Of a stretch of 64,000 bases of DNA, positions 10,008 through 19,029 are shown piece after piece (position 1 is the stretch's first letter; each line of letters begins with the position of its first letter). Below the pieces are notes generated by a model. That model searched no databases, was not told where the DNA came from, and saw only the letters and a list, made by a program, of their open reading frames with translations. This DNA is from an uncultured Actinomycetota bacterium (GTDB taxonomy: Bacteria > Actinomycetota > UBA4738 > HRBIN12), in assembly GCA_963762015.1 (NCBI GenBank), contig CAVXJL010000012.1, forward strand, positions 214,668 through 278,667, written 5' to 3'. A program made the position numbers and the translations under genes.

Positions 10008-10793
10008 ATGAGCGCCGCCGCGACCGCCGCAGCTGATCCCCGGTGGTTGACGAACACGGTGGCCGCCGCGCTGCGGCAGACCGCGATCGTGGTCGTCGGG
10101 TGCGGGGTCGCGGGCGCGCTGGTGGGTGGGATCGGCAGCCGGCTGGTGATGCGACTCGGCGCCCTCGCCGCTCCGGAGGTTCGTGGCGCGCTGACCGAGA
10201 ACGGAAACGTGGTCGGTGAAATCACGTTCGCGGGGACGATCGGGTTGATGATCTTCGCCGGCATCAGCTCTGCGATCTTCGGGACCGGTGCCTACACGGT
10301 CGCCGGACCCTGGCTCCCCCGTTCGACCATCGCACGAGGGCTGGTGTTCGGCGGCTTCCTGCTCGCGCTCATGGGGAGGACTATCGTTGACCCGGCCAAC
10401 GCGGACTTCGTGATCTTGGGCGACCGCGCGCTCAACGTCGCCATGTTCTCGTCGCTGTTCATCGCATTCGGTCTCATCGCGTCCGGAGCCGTCGCCTTCC
10501 TCGAAAGACGAGTGCCACCGGCCCTTGCGCTGTCGCCTCGGATGTGGGTGCTCACTCTGCTCTGCGCCATCCCGGTCGTTCTCGGACTGGCCGTCCTGAC
10601 TCTCGGGTTCGCCCCCCAGCTGGGCATCCCTCTCGTGGGCGCGTGGGCCGTGATGCTCCTATCCACCTGGCTGGGGCGGCGAGGTCTCCGTGGTCAAGCC
10701 ATGGTGGCCCGCGCGACGGCGACGGTGGTACTGGTCGTGGTCGTGGCGATCGCCGGCGCGGACTACGTCAACGGCGTCGCGACGATCCTCTAG
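10008..10793 (+). CDS. Hypothetical multi-pass membrane protein
   Basis: About 7 hydrophobic segments; GGIGSRLVMR motif; normal GC3 bias. Confidence 0.7.
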   Translation: MSAAATAAADPRWLTNTVAAALRQTAIVVVGCGVAGALVGGIGSRLVMRLGALAAPEVRGALTENGNVVGEITFAGTIGLMIFAGISSAIFGTGAYTVAGPWLPRSTIARGLVFGGFLLALMGRTIVDPANADFVILGDRALNVAMFSSLFIAFGLIASGAVAFLERRVPPALALSPRMWVLTLLCAIPVVLGLAVLTLGFAPQLGIPLVGAWAVMLLSTWLGRRGLRGQAMVARATATVVLVVVVAIAGADYVNGVATIL

Positions 10794-10802
10794 CGGCTCG
10801 CG

Positions 10803-11228
10803 TCAGTCCTCATCGACCTCATCGTCCCCGGAGGGGGATACGACACAGAACTCGTTGCCCTGGGGATCCAGCATCACGCACCACATGCTGCCGCCTTCCT
10901 CCGCCCAATTGCGAACGCTGGCGCCCAGACCTTCCAAACGCTGTACCTCGTCCTCCACGGCGCCGTCCGCGGAGAGGTCCAGATGCAAGCGGTTCTTGGC
11001 GAGCTTCTCCTCCGGCACCTCCGTGAAGAACAGGACCGGGAGGTCTGTGCCGTTCGGGGGCTCGACCATCACCGACGGGTCCTCTTCCGGATCGTAGATG
11101 CCCTTGGACGCGAGCCGCTCGAGCTCATCCTCGTCGTAGGGAGCGACCGTCCACCCGAGGGCCGAGGCCCAGAACCGCGCGAGCGGCGCGGCGTCCAGAC
11201 AATCGAAGACGATCGAATCGATCCTCAC
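10803..11228 (-). CDS. VOC-family (actinobacterial glyoxalase-like) protein
   Basis: LARFWASALGW, KNRLHLDL and DPQGNEFCV. Confidence 0.85.
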   Translation of the reverse strand: MRIDSIVFDCLDAAPLARFWASALGWTVAPYDEDELERLASKGIYDPEEDPSVMVEPPNGTDLPVLFFTEVPEEKLAKNRLHLDLSADGAVEDEVQRLEGLGASVRNWAEEGGSMWCVMLDPQGNEFCVVSPSGDDEVDED

Positions 11229-11263
11229 CTCACCGAAGCGTAGGCCATGGGAAGCCGCCGCGC

Positions 11264-11896
11264 TCAGGTCGCGAGACGCAGGAGGAACGCTTCTTCGATC
11301 TGGTGCAGGAGGTCGTCGGCCCGCTCCCGCAGCGCGTCACATTCGTCAACGAGCCCCTGCCCCTTGGCCTCGTCCTTGAGACCGGCGGCGTTGATCCGCA
11401 CGTTCGCCATCGCTGCAAGTGCGGCCGCGAACAGCAGGGTGCCCGCCGAGTACCCGTCGGAGGCCGCGTGCGGATTGCCCAGCGCCGTCGCGTCTTCGGC
11501 GAGCTCCATCAGCTGCACCGCCCGCTTCGACAGCTCGAGCGGTACCGCGGCAGCTGCTTCGTACGCCTTCTGGATCTCGAGCGTCCGCGCGTTCTTCTCC
11601 TCGTCGGTCTCCTTGGGGAGCTTGAAGGAGGCCATCACGGACTCGAAGGCTCGTGCATCCTCCTCGGCGAGCGTCAGGAACGCCTCGCGCTCCGCGTCGG
11701 CCGTCTCCACCACGGATCGCATCCGCGCATCCAGATCCTCGAACCCCTTCTTGCCGATCGTGAGATGGCCCACCATGGCGATGAGCGCGGCTCCCGTGGC
11801 GGCGGCGACGCCGGCGGCGGCTCCCCCGCCGGGGGTCGGCGACGCCGATCCGAGCTCGTGCAGCCACGATCCGATCTGTTGGTCAGGGGTGCTCAC
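11264..11896 (-). CDS. Cyclodeaminase/cyclohydrolase family (stand-alone FTCD C-domain, FchA-like)
   Basis: SPTPGGGAAA, GNPHAASD and NVRINA; GGAAAGGAG RBS before GTG. Confidence 0.88.
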   Translation of the reverse strand: MSTPDQQIGSWLHELGSASPTPGGGAAAGVAAATGAALIAMVGHLTIGKKGFEDLDARMRSVVETADAEREAFLTLAEEDARAFESVMASFKLPKETDEEKNARTLEIQKAYEAAAAVPLELSKRAVQLMELAEDATALGNPHAASDGYSAGTLLFAAALAAMANVRINAAGLKDEAKGQGLVDECDALRERADDLLHQIEEAFLLRLAT

Positions 11897-11927
11897 GAAC
11901 GTACTCCTTTCCCGACACGTGCCGGCT

Positions 11928-12824
11928 TCAACCGGCCTCCAGAAGACGCTCCAGGATCTGCTCGTTCGACGAGAAGCCCGCCAACCGGACGTGCTCCTCA
12001 TCCCCTGGCGGCAACGCCGCCTCGGGCGCGAGCCCCACGATCTCGGACTCGAGGACCTCCATCCCCTTCGCGGCCGCCTCCTTCGCCACCGCGTCGAACG
12101 CGTCCCGGACCCCGGTCACCTCGAAGTCCAGGAGGTTCATCGACACCGTCACGGATCGGCGTTCGGGGACCGCGAAACCGATCGCGCGGACGGCGGGGAG
12201 ACCGCCCGAGGACTCACGGATGGACCGAGCGATGTCCTTCGCTCCGGCCTCGTCGGTGCCGGACAGGTAGACGTTGAAGGCGATGAGGGGCTTCCGGGCC
12301 CCCACGGCGGTCGCGCCGGCCCGCCCGATCGCGTGCGGGCCGAAGTCGGGGAGGCGGTCGCCGGAGGCGACGGCCTCCCGCAGTCCCTCGAACTCCCCTT
12401 TCCGGACATCGGCCAGCGACCGGCGCTCCGGCACGAGCGCGGCCTCGCCGTACAGGTAGACGGGCAGATCCAGTGTCTCCGCGAGCTCGCGCCCGACGTC
12501 GCGCGCGAGCTCCACGCATGTCTCCATGGCGACCTCGCGGACCGGCATGAAGGGGATCACGTCCGCGGCGCCCATCCGAGGATGGCCGCCGCGGTGCTCG
12601 AACATGTCGATCCGCTCCACGGCGGCCGCAGCGCCAGCCACCGCCGAGCGGCGCACCGCATCGGCGTCACCCAGCACGGTGGTGTCCAGACGGTGGTGGT
12701 CCGGGTCGGCCTCGGCGAAGACCACCCGCGCGCCATCCACGGCCAGCGCCTCGACGATCGCCTCGATAACGTCACGATGCCGTCCCTCGCTGAAGTTGGG
12801 CACCACGCCGACGATCACGCTCAT
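11928..12824 (-). CDS. ftcD: Glutamate formiminotransferase
   Basis: VPNFSEGR, DPDHHR, HPRMGAADVIPF and VSMNL. Confidence 0.9.
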   Translation of the reverse strand: MSVIVGVVPNFSEGRHRDVIEAIVEALAVDGARVVFAEADPDHHRLDTTVLGDADAVRRSAVAGAAAAVERIDMFEHRGGHPRMGAADVIPFMPVREVAMETCVELARDVGRELAETLDLPVYLYGEAALVPERRSLADVRKGEFEGLREAVASGDRLPDFGPHAIGRAGATAVGARKPLIAFNVYLSGTDEAGAKDIARSIRESSGGLPAVRAIGFAVPERRSVTVSMNLLDFEVTGVRDAFDAVAKEAAAKGMEVLESEIVGLAPEAALPPGDEEHVRLAGFSSNEQILERLLEAG

Positions 12825-12850
12825 CCCGCGAGCCTACGTGACGGTCCTGC

Positions 12851-13966
12851 TCAGCTCCGGGGACGCCGCTTGTCGGGGTCGTGGATCGCGAGCACGTCGA
12901 CGGTCGCACCCGTCGTCCCTTCGCCCAGAGCGACGTCGACCTTCGTCCCGTCGGCGGCCACGTCGGAGCGGATGATCGCGAGGCCGATCGGTCCGTACGC
13001 GGGACTCGTCGCGGGCGAGGTCAGCACGCCGACCTCCTCACCCTCCTTCGACACCGCGGCGCCGTACTCGGGCAGCTCCTCACCGTCCAGGCGGAGGGTC
13101 TTGAAGCGGTTCGGCGGCGCGGCGGCGACCGCCCGCAGCGCTTCCTTGCCAAGGAACGCTCCTTCCGCATCGAGGGCCACCACACGATCGAGACCCAGGT
13201 CGTACGGGGTCCGCTGGTGCGCTTCGTAGTCGTAGTCGGTCACGATCATGCCGGCCTCGATCCGCAGCGGCTCGACGACGTCGACGCCGTAGGGCACCGC
13301 TCCGGTGCCCTCGATCACGGTCCAGAGATCCTCCGCGTGTTCGGGTCGCGTGAACAGCTCGTACCCCAGCTCGCCGGAGAAGCCGGTGCGCGAGAGCCAG
13401 ACGGGAACGCCACCGACCTTGACCTCCTCGGGGATGAAGTGGAAGTAGCGGAGCGAGCCCAGGTCGGCATCCGTGAGCGGCTGGAGCGCTTCGCGGGATC
13501 TCGGCCCCTGCACCTGCAGGTGAGGCAGCTCCGGCGCGATGTACTCCACGGTGACGTCGAGCCCCTTCGACGCGTCGGCGAAGAAGGCTTGGTGGTCGAG
13601 CCCGTTCGTGGCGACCCAGAGATGATCGTCGGCGTGCTTGAACACCGTTCCGTCATCGACCAGCAGGCCGTCTTCGTCCAGGAAGGCTCCGTATCGGACC
13701 TGTCCCGTCTGCATCCCGAGGACGTCGTTCGAGTGGACGCGCTGCGCCGCCTCGAGCGCGCCCCTCCCTCGGAAGTCCCACTTGTTGAGCGGGGAGACGT
13801 CCCAGACGCCGATCCCTTCCCGAACCGCCCTGTATTCCGCCGCGGGGTCACCGAACCCGGTGACCCACCACCATCCGGCCTCTTCCATGAACCCGGCTGC
13901 CGTCTTCGACATGATCGAGTGGAAGGCCGTCCGCCTGCTCTCGCTCCCGTTCCCGTTTTCGCTCAT
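12851..13966 (-). CDS. GcvT-fold aminomethyltransferase family protein (putative THF-dependent demethylase)
   Basis: EYRAVR..DVSPLNK, VDDGTVF, RTGFSGELGYE and LRIEAG; distinct from the canonical gcvT at 62 kb. Confidence 0.85.
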   Translation of the reverse strand: MSENGNGSESRRTAFHSIMSKTAAGFMEEAGWWWVTGFGDPAAEYRAVREGIGVWDVSPLNKWDFRGRGALEAAQRVHSNDVLGMQTGQVRYGAFLDEDGLLVDDGTVFKHADDHLWVATNGLDHQAFFADASKGLDVTVEYIAPELPHLQVQGPRSREALQPLTDADLGSLRYFHFIPEEVKVGGVPVWLSRTGFSGELGYELFTRPEHAEDLWTVIEGTGAVPYGVDVVEPLRIEAGMIVTDYDYEAHQRTPYDLGLDRVVALDAEGAFLGKEALRAVAAAPPNRFKTLRLDGEELPEYGAAVSKEGEEVGVLTSPATSPAYGPIGLAIIRSDVAADGTKVDVALGEGTTGATVDVLAIHDPDKRRPRS

Positions 13967-13977
13967 GGCCCCTCTTA

Positions 13978-14580
13978 TCACGAGGTTGAACGGCTGTTCA
14001 AGTTCGCGACACGGATCGTCTCGTCCTCGGTCACGATCGCCTGCACCGGGAGATCGAAGCGGCCGGCGGGCAGAGCCTCATCCTTCACGACCTGCAGACC
14101 GAACGCCACGGCCACCGTGAACGCCGGGAGGTTCCGGAGGAACCGATCGTAGTACCCCCCGCCGTAGCCGACCCGGCGCCCGTCTCGGTCGAACGCCACC
14201 CCCGGCACGGCGACGACGTCGATCGATGACGGGTCGAGCGGTGTCCCGTCGACCGGCTCCTGTGCGCCGAACGAGGTGGTGCTCGTGGGATCGCCGGGAG
14301 CGAAGACGACGGGCACGAGGTGGCCGTGCTCGATCCTCGGGAGCGCGATCACGACGCCGCGCTCGTGGAGTTGCCGGATCAGTGAGCCGGTCGGCACCTC
14401 GGATCCGAAATGGGAGAACAGCATGACGGTCGTCGCACGCCGGACCTCGGGGAGCCCGAGGAAGCGCTCCACCACGCGCTCTCCCCTCTCCTCTCGAACG
14501 TCGGCCGGCAGGGCATCCCGGTCCTCGAGGATCGACCGGCGGGTCCGGCGCTTCGCGCGCTTCAACTCACTGCTCTTCAT
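13978..14580 (-). CDS. 5-formyltetrahydrofolate cyclo-ligase
   Basis: VPGVAFDRDGRRVGYGGGYYDRFL. Confidence 0.93.
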   Translation of the reverse strand: MKSSELKRAKRRTRRSILEDRDALPADVREERGERVVERFLGLPEVRRATTVMLFSHFGSEVPTGSLIRQLHERGVVIALPRIEHGHLVPVVFAPGDPTSTTSFGAQEPVDGTPLDPSSIDVVAVPGVAFDRDGRRVGYGGGYYDRFLRNLPAFTVAVAFGLQVVKDEALPAGRFDLPVQAIVTEDETIRVANLNSRSTS

Positions 14581-15443
14581 CGCCGAAGGGCCTCCGCGAC
14601 GACCTCGATGCGATCCTCGCCGCCGACCGGTTGCACGATGAACCACGCGCAGCCTGCCTCGCCGAGTCGGCCGGCGAAGGAACGGAGATCACCGGCATCT
14701 CCTTGCCACACGTCCATGGACAGCCCCTTCGTCCGGCGCTCCTCCCGGAGCCGTTCCAGATCGCCCGGGTCCGTCCCGACGAGGGTGATCCCGCCCCAGG
14801 TGGGGACGACCGGGCGGCCGTCGGCGAGCCGGCGAAGCTGGCCGGCCGCGGCTTCGAACCCCTCCGCGTCCATCGCCCACCCGTTCCATCCGTCGGCCGA
14901 CCGTGCGGCCACCGCGATCACGGGCGCGGAACGTCCTCCGACCCAAAGCTCCGGGTCTCCCGGAGGGAGCAACGGCCCGGCGATCGCGGGCACCAGGGCG
15001 CCGCCGGGCCAGGGCTCCCCGCCGAACAGCGCACGCAGGGCACCGACGGTCTCTTCCAGGGTCGCCACTCGCTCAGCGGTGGAGGTGAACGGGATCCCGA
15101 ACGCGTCGTGCTCCGGCTTGGAGAGCGAGTCGCCCGCGCCCAGGCCGAGGATCGCGCGCCCGCCGTTCATCTGATCGAGGGCCGCGCCCTGCTTCGCCAA
15201 AAGCCCTGCCGGTCGGAGCGACACCCTCGTCACGAGTGTTCCCACGCGGAGGTCCGGATGCATCGCCGCGACGGCCGCCAGAACGGCGAACGGCTCGAGC
15301 GCAGGCCGGCCGGGTGCCCCCGGCGGGAACAGATGATCCGGGGCGAACACGCCGTCGTACCCCGTGGCAGCGGCTCGGGCCGCGGCCGCGATCGGCCGCC
15401 CCACGTCCGCCGTGAACATCGGAAGGCTGAGTCCGAGCTTCAT
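14577..15443 (-). CDS. LLM-class flavin/F420-dependent oxidoreductase
   Basis: GYDGVFAPDH, GRAILGLGAG, LWVGG and ADGWN. Confidence 0.85.
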   Translation of the reverse strand: MKLGLSLPMFTADVGRPIAAAARAAATGYDGVFAPDHLFPPGAPGRPALEPFAVLAAVAAMHPDLRVGTLVTRVSLRPAGLLAKQGAALDQMNGGRAILGLGAGDSLSKPEHDAFGIPFTSTAERVATLEETVGALRALFGGEPWPGGALVPAIAGPLLPPGDPELWVGGRSAPVIAVAARSADGWNGWAMDAEGFEAAAGQLRRLADGRPVVPTWGGITLVGTDPGDLERLREERRTKGLSMDVWQGDAGDLRSFAGRLGEAGCAWFIVQPVGGEDRIEVVAEALRR

Positions 15444-16390
15444 GCGGGCGCCGCGTCGAGTGCCAGGAGTGCTGCGCCGATCGCGCCGGCGTCGTTCCCG
15501 AGCTGGGCCGGCACGATCGGCACACTGGGACGGACGTCCGCACCCTCGACCGAGGCCTGGAACGCCTCGCGGAGGGGACCGAACAGGACGTCACCCGCCT
15601 CGCCCACCCCTCCTCCGATCACGACGATCTCGGGATCCAGCACGTTCACGAGCGAGGCAACGCCTTCGCCGAGACGCTGACCGACGGTGGCGAGGATCGC
15701 CACCGCCACGCCGTCGCCCTCTTGGGCCGCCTGTGTGACGAGCTCGCCCGTCGCCCGGCCGGGGTCGCCGCCGGCGAGCCGAGCGATCGAGGAGCCCGGC
15801 TCGTCGGTGACGGCTCGCCGGCCCGCTCGGGCGATCGCCAGCCCGCTCGCCACTTGCTCCCAGCATCCCCGGTTGCCGCACCCGCACAAGGGGCCGCCGG
15901 GCTCGACGATCGTGTGGCCGATCTCCCCCGCGAGGCCGTGGGCGCCCCGGATGAGACGGCCGCCCGAGACGATCCCGCCGCCGATCCCCGTGCCGACCCC
16001 GATGAACAAGGAATCGGCGCGTCCCCGTGAGGCCCCCAGACGACTCTCCGCCCACGCAGCGGACGTGGCGTCGTTGTGGACGGTCACGGGAAGCCCGTAC
16101 TTCGCGCGGAGGCCGTCGCCGAGCGGGAGCTGCCGCCAGACCAGGTTCGGGGTCGAGAGCAGGACGCCCGAGCGGACGTCGATGAGTCCCGCCATGCCGA
16201 TGCCGATCGCCACCACGCCGTCGTCCATGACCTCGGCGGCCGCCGCCTCGATCGCGGGCAGCGCCGCCGACTGATCGTTCGCGGGCGTCGGGACCACCCT
16301 GCCGGCGTGGATCTCTCCCCCCGCGGAGATCCGCAGCGCGGCGATCTTCGTGCCACCGATGTCGATGCCGACCGCCTGCCGGTCGCTCAC
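15440..16390 (-). CDS. ROK-family glucokinase
   Basis: GIDIGGTK, GTGIGGG, GEIGH and CGCGNRGCWE. Confidence 0.9.
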   Translation of the reverse strand: MSDRQAVGIDIGGTKIAALRISAGGEIHAGRVVPTPANDQSAALPAIEAAAAEVMDDGVVAIGIGMAGLIDVRSGVLLSTPNLVWRQLPLGDGLRAKYGLPVTVHNDATSAAWAESRLGASRGRADSLFIGVGTGIGGGIVSGGRLIRGAHGLAGEIGHTIVEPGGPLCGCGNRGCWEQVASGLAIARAGRRAVTDEPGSSIARLAGGDPGRATGELVTQAAQEGDGVAVAILATVGQRLGEGVASLVNVLDPEIVVIGGGVGEAGDVLFGPLREAFQASVEGADVRPSVPIVPAQLGNDAGAIGAALLALDAAPA

Positions 16391-16659
16391 TCGATGTCGA
16401 TCCGCGTGAGCGTCGGCGCCTTCTCCTTCCCACCGGTCTCGTCGGCCCTCGCGCCCATGACCGCGGTCATCGCGAGGAGGAATTCCCTCCCCGCGTTCAG
16501 CAGGTGCTCGACCGCCTCCGGCTTCAAAGGTTGGACGGCGGTCACCGCCAGACAGATCGGGCAGAATCCCACCGTGCAGACCTGGCCGCCCTCGGTATGG
16601 GACCCCGGGCCGGGTGGCGCAGCCTCCCGCGGTCGCTTGCGCTTCGCGGTCTCGGCCAT
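16387..16659 (-). CDS. Small conserved hypothetical protein between ArsA and glucokinase
   Basis: CxxxxCPIC, EHLLNAGREFL and C-terminal RIDIE; conserved actinobacterial position. Confidence 0.75.
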   Translation of the reverse strand: MAETAKRKRPREAAPPGPGSHTEGGQVCTVGFCPICLAVTAVQPLKPEAVEHLLNAGREFLLAMTAVMGARADETGGKEKAPTLTRIDIE

Positions 16660-16660
16660 G

Positions 16661-17848
16661 TCAGCTCCTTTCCGCCGGACGGGGTTCCCGCCCGAACAGG
16701 ATCTCGAGATGATCGCCGGCGAAATTCGCCTCGCGAACCGTCATCCGCTTCAGCGACTGCGGCAGGATCAGGTTCCTCTTGTAGGCACCGACGCGGACGA
16801 AGAGCTCTTCCCCGCGACGGTGGATGTCCATGTCGTCGCGTGAAGCGAACGGGAGACGCATCGTCATCACGTATCCCGTCCCGCGCTTGCGTACGCGGAT
16901 CGGCTCGTCTCGGTACAGGATGTCGGCCGCGTCGAGCGCACCGTACACCTCGTCCCCCATCTCCTCGAGAAGGGACAGCCCCACCATCTCCCGATCGAAC
17001 AGGCGGGCGGACAGGATCGGCACCGGGTCGAACGACTCGTGCACGGTCACGAGGTGCTCCGCCTGGATGTCCTTCCACTTGCCGAAGTACGGATCGGTCA
17101 CGTCCGGCGGCAGGACCCGGTTCACGACCACCGCATCCACTCGGTACCCGAAGAGCCCGAGGTAGGTGTACGTGCGCCTGGCTTCGGCGATCACCATCTT
17201 CTCCAGGTTCACCACGAGTCGAACGGAAGACGTCGTCTCATCCGTCAGGATCTTCTTCACCGCATCGAGGTTCCGATGGAGCTGCTCGATCGCGTCGAAC
17301 ACGCGATCGCCGGCGATCGGGAGCGTGGTCACGCGTGAGACGATCGGCCGGACCGTCTTCACGATCCTCCGCTCCACGGGGAAGATGCGTTCGATGTACC
17401 ACTGCATCACGTCGGGCAGCGACAGCAGCCGCAACGTCTCGGCCGTGGGTGCGCAGTCCACGATCAGCACGTCGTAGGCACCGCTCTCGACGTGGGTCTT
17501 GACGTCGATCAGGGCGAAGATCTCGTCCAGTCCGGGGAGCACGGTCAACTCCTCCGCCTGGATGGTCTCGGTCCCCGCCCAGTTCATCAGCTGGATCATG
17601 TAGTCCTGGATCACGCGCCAGTTGTCCTCGAGCCGTTCCTGCGCGTCGATCTGCTGCGCCCAGAGCAGCTCGGCGATCTGCGTGGGATCGGATCCGATCT
17701 GAAGTTCGAACGAGTCGCCGAGCGAGTGAGCGGGGTCGGTCGACATCACGAGCGTCCGCTGTCCCGCGGCGGCCGATCGCACGGCGGTGGCGGCGGCGAC
17801 GGTCGTCTTGCCGACCCCGCCCTTGCCGGTGAACAGGAGGACCCGCAT
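16661..17848 (-). CDS. ArsA/Get3-family ATPase with C-terminal HSP20-like domain
   Basis: GKGGVGKTT, STDPAHSL and DCAPTAET; beta-rich C-terminal domain. Confidence 0.9.
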   Translation of the reverse strand: MRVLLFTGKGGVGKTTVAAATAVRSAAAGQRTLVMSTDPAHSLGDSFELQIGSDPTQIAELLWAQQIDAQERLEDNWRVIQDYMIQLMNWAGTETIQAEELTVLPGLDEIFALIDVKTHVESGAYDVLIVDCAPTAETLRLLSLPDVMQWYIERIFPVERRIVKTVRPIVSRVTTLPIAGDRVFDAIEQLHRNLDAVKKILTDETTSSVRLVVNLEKMVIAEARRTYTYLGLFGYRVDAVVVNRVLPPDVTDPYFGKWKDIQAEHLVTVHESFDPVPILSARLFDREMVGLSLLEEMGDEVYGALDAADILYRDEPIRVRKRGTGYVMTMRLPFASRDDMDIHRRGEELFVRVGAYKRNLILPQSLKRMTVREANFAGDHLEILFGREPRPAERS

Positions 17849-17885
17849 CCGGCCAGCTTACGTGAGCCTTGCCGGCGTCCTCCGA

Positions 17886-18326
17886 CTAGCCCATCTCGAC
17901 GCGGCGCTTGAGACGCTCCAGGGCGTTCTCGATGACACGCTTCGCGCCCTCGGTGCGGATGAACCCCGGGACGAGGACGCCGATCTCTACCGCCAGCCGA
18001 TACGTCACCTTCGTTTCGGAGTCGGAGACCTCGTTCAGGAGGTACTCGCCGCGGATATCACGGATGGCGCCTCGAGCTTCCTTGGTCACCCACGAGAGAC
18101 CGGTGTCCCCCGGCGCGTAGCGGTACGTCAGCGTGTACGTGGCCTTGCCGAGCACAGGGACGTCGACCTCGTAGGCAACCTCGGTGGCCCGGCCTCCCTC
18201 CACTCGCTGGAGGATCTGCGCGGTCCGGACCTCGGCCCACTCCGGGTAGGCCTCGTAGTCCTCGAGGACCTCCATCACGTCCTCGAGCGGCGCATCGATG
18301 ACGATCGAGCCTTCCGCGTGTTCCAT
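17886..18326 (-). CDS. SRPBCC/polyketide cyclase-family protein
   Basis: SIVIDAP..DYEAYPEW...LKRRVE. Confidence 0.85.
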   Translation of the reverse strand: MEHAEGSIVIDAPLEDVMEVLEDYEAYPEWAEVRTAQILQRVEGGRATEVAYEVDVPVLGKATYTLTYRYAPGDTGLSWVTKEARGAIRDIRGEYLLNEVSDSETKVTYRLAVEIGVLVPGFIRTEGAKRVIENALERLKRRVEMG

Positions 18327-18356
18327 CGGCTCAGGAATCCTAGCGGTGACCAGGTC

Positions 18357-18984
18357 TCAGCGGCTGTTCACCGTCACCACGGACATCGCGAGGAGGGACA
18401 CCGAGATCATGATCAACGCGACCGTGGCCCACAGCAGGGTTCGCGCCGACACGAACGGCGACCCGCCGTCCGCGAGCCGATAGGCCTCGGCCGCCGATCC
18501 GAGATAGATCGTGAGCGCCGACAGGAGGAGGAGGGCGACGACCCCGAAGATGGGGGCGCTCGAGACACCCGAGAGCACGATCACCAGCGCGAGGCCGAAA
18601 GTGAGCACGAACAGTGTGCCCCGGGCGACCCCGTCGGCGCCGCGGCCGGCCTTCGCGTGGCCGACTCCCGGGAACGTGAGCGACCACAGGAACGCATCTC
18701 GCGGGGAGACCGTCGGCCCGGGCTCATCCTGCCGGAGCAGGGCCGCGAAGGAGGTCCCGCAGACGCTGCACGCATCGAGCTCGAGCGGATTCTGGGAGCC
18801 ACAGGTGGGGCACGGCCAGGTCGCCACCGACGCCACCTTCGCGGGGCTCGGCCGGCGCCGGGCGCGCGAGAGTCGCGGGGGGTTCCGGCTCGGGCTCCGG
18901 CCGGAGGGACGCGAAGCATTGACCGCACCATTCGGCGTCGGCGCTCACGAGGGCTCCACAGCGGGGGCATCGGAGATCATCCAC
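18357..18984 (-). CDS. Double zinc-ribbon membrane protein, apparent +1 frameshift at 18843-18846
   Basis: CPRC..CGQC in one frame and CPTC..CSVC plus TM helices in the next; removing one C from a C4 run joins them. Confidence 0.7.
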
Positions 18985-19029
18985 TCGAGCAAGCGTACCG
19001 TCGGCCCTCGTCCGGACCGTGGAAGGGCG

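Noticed and set aside
16661-17848. Arsenic-resistance operon
   Set aside because: No arsB/acr3, arsC or arsR; single-domain Get3-like architecture in a conserved housekeeping context
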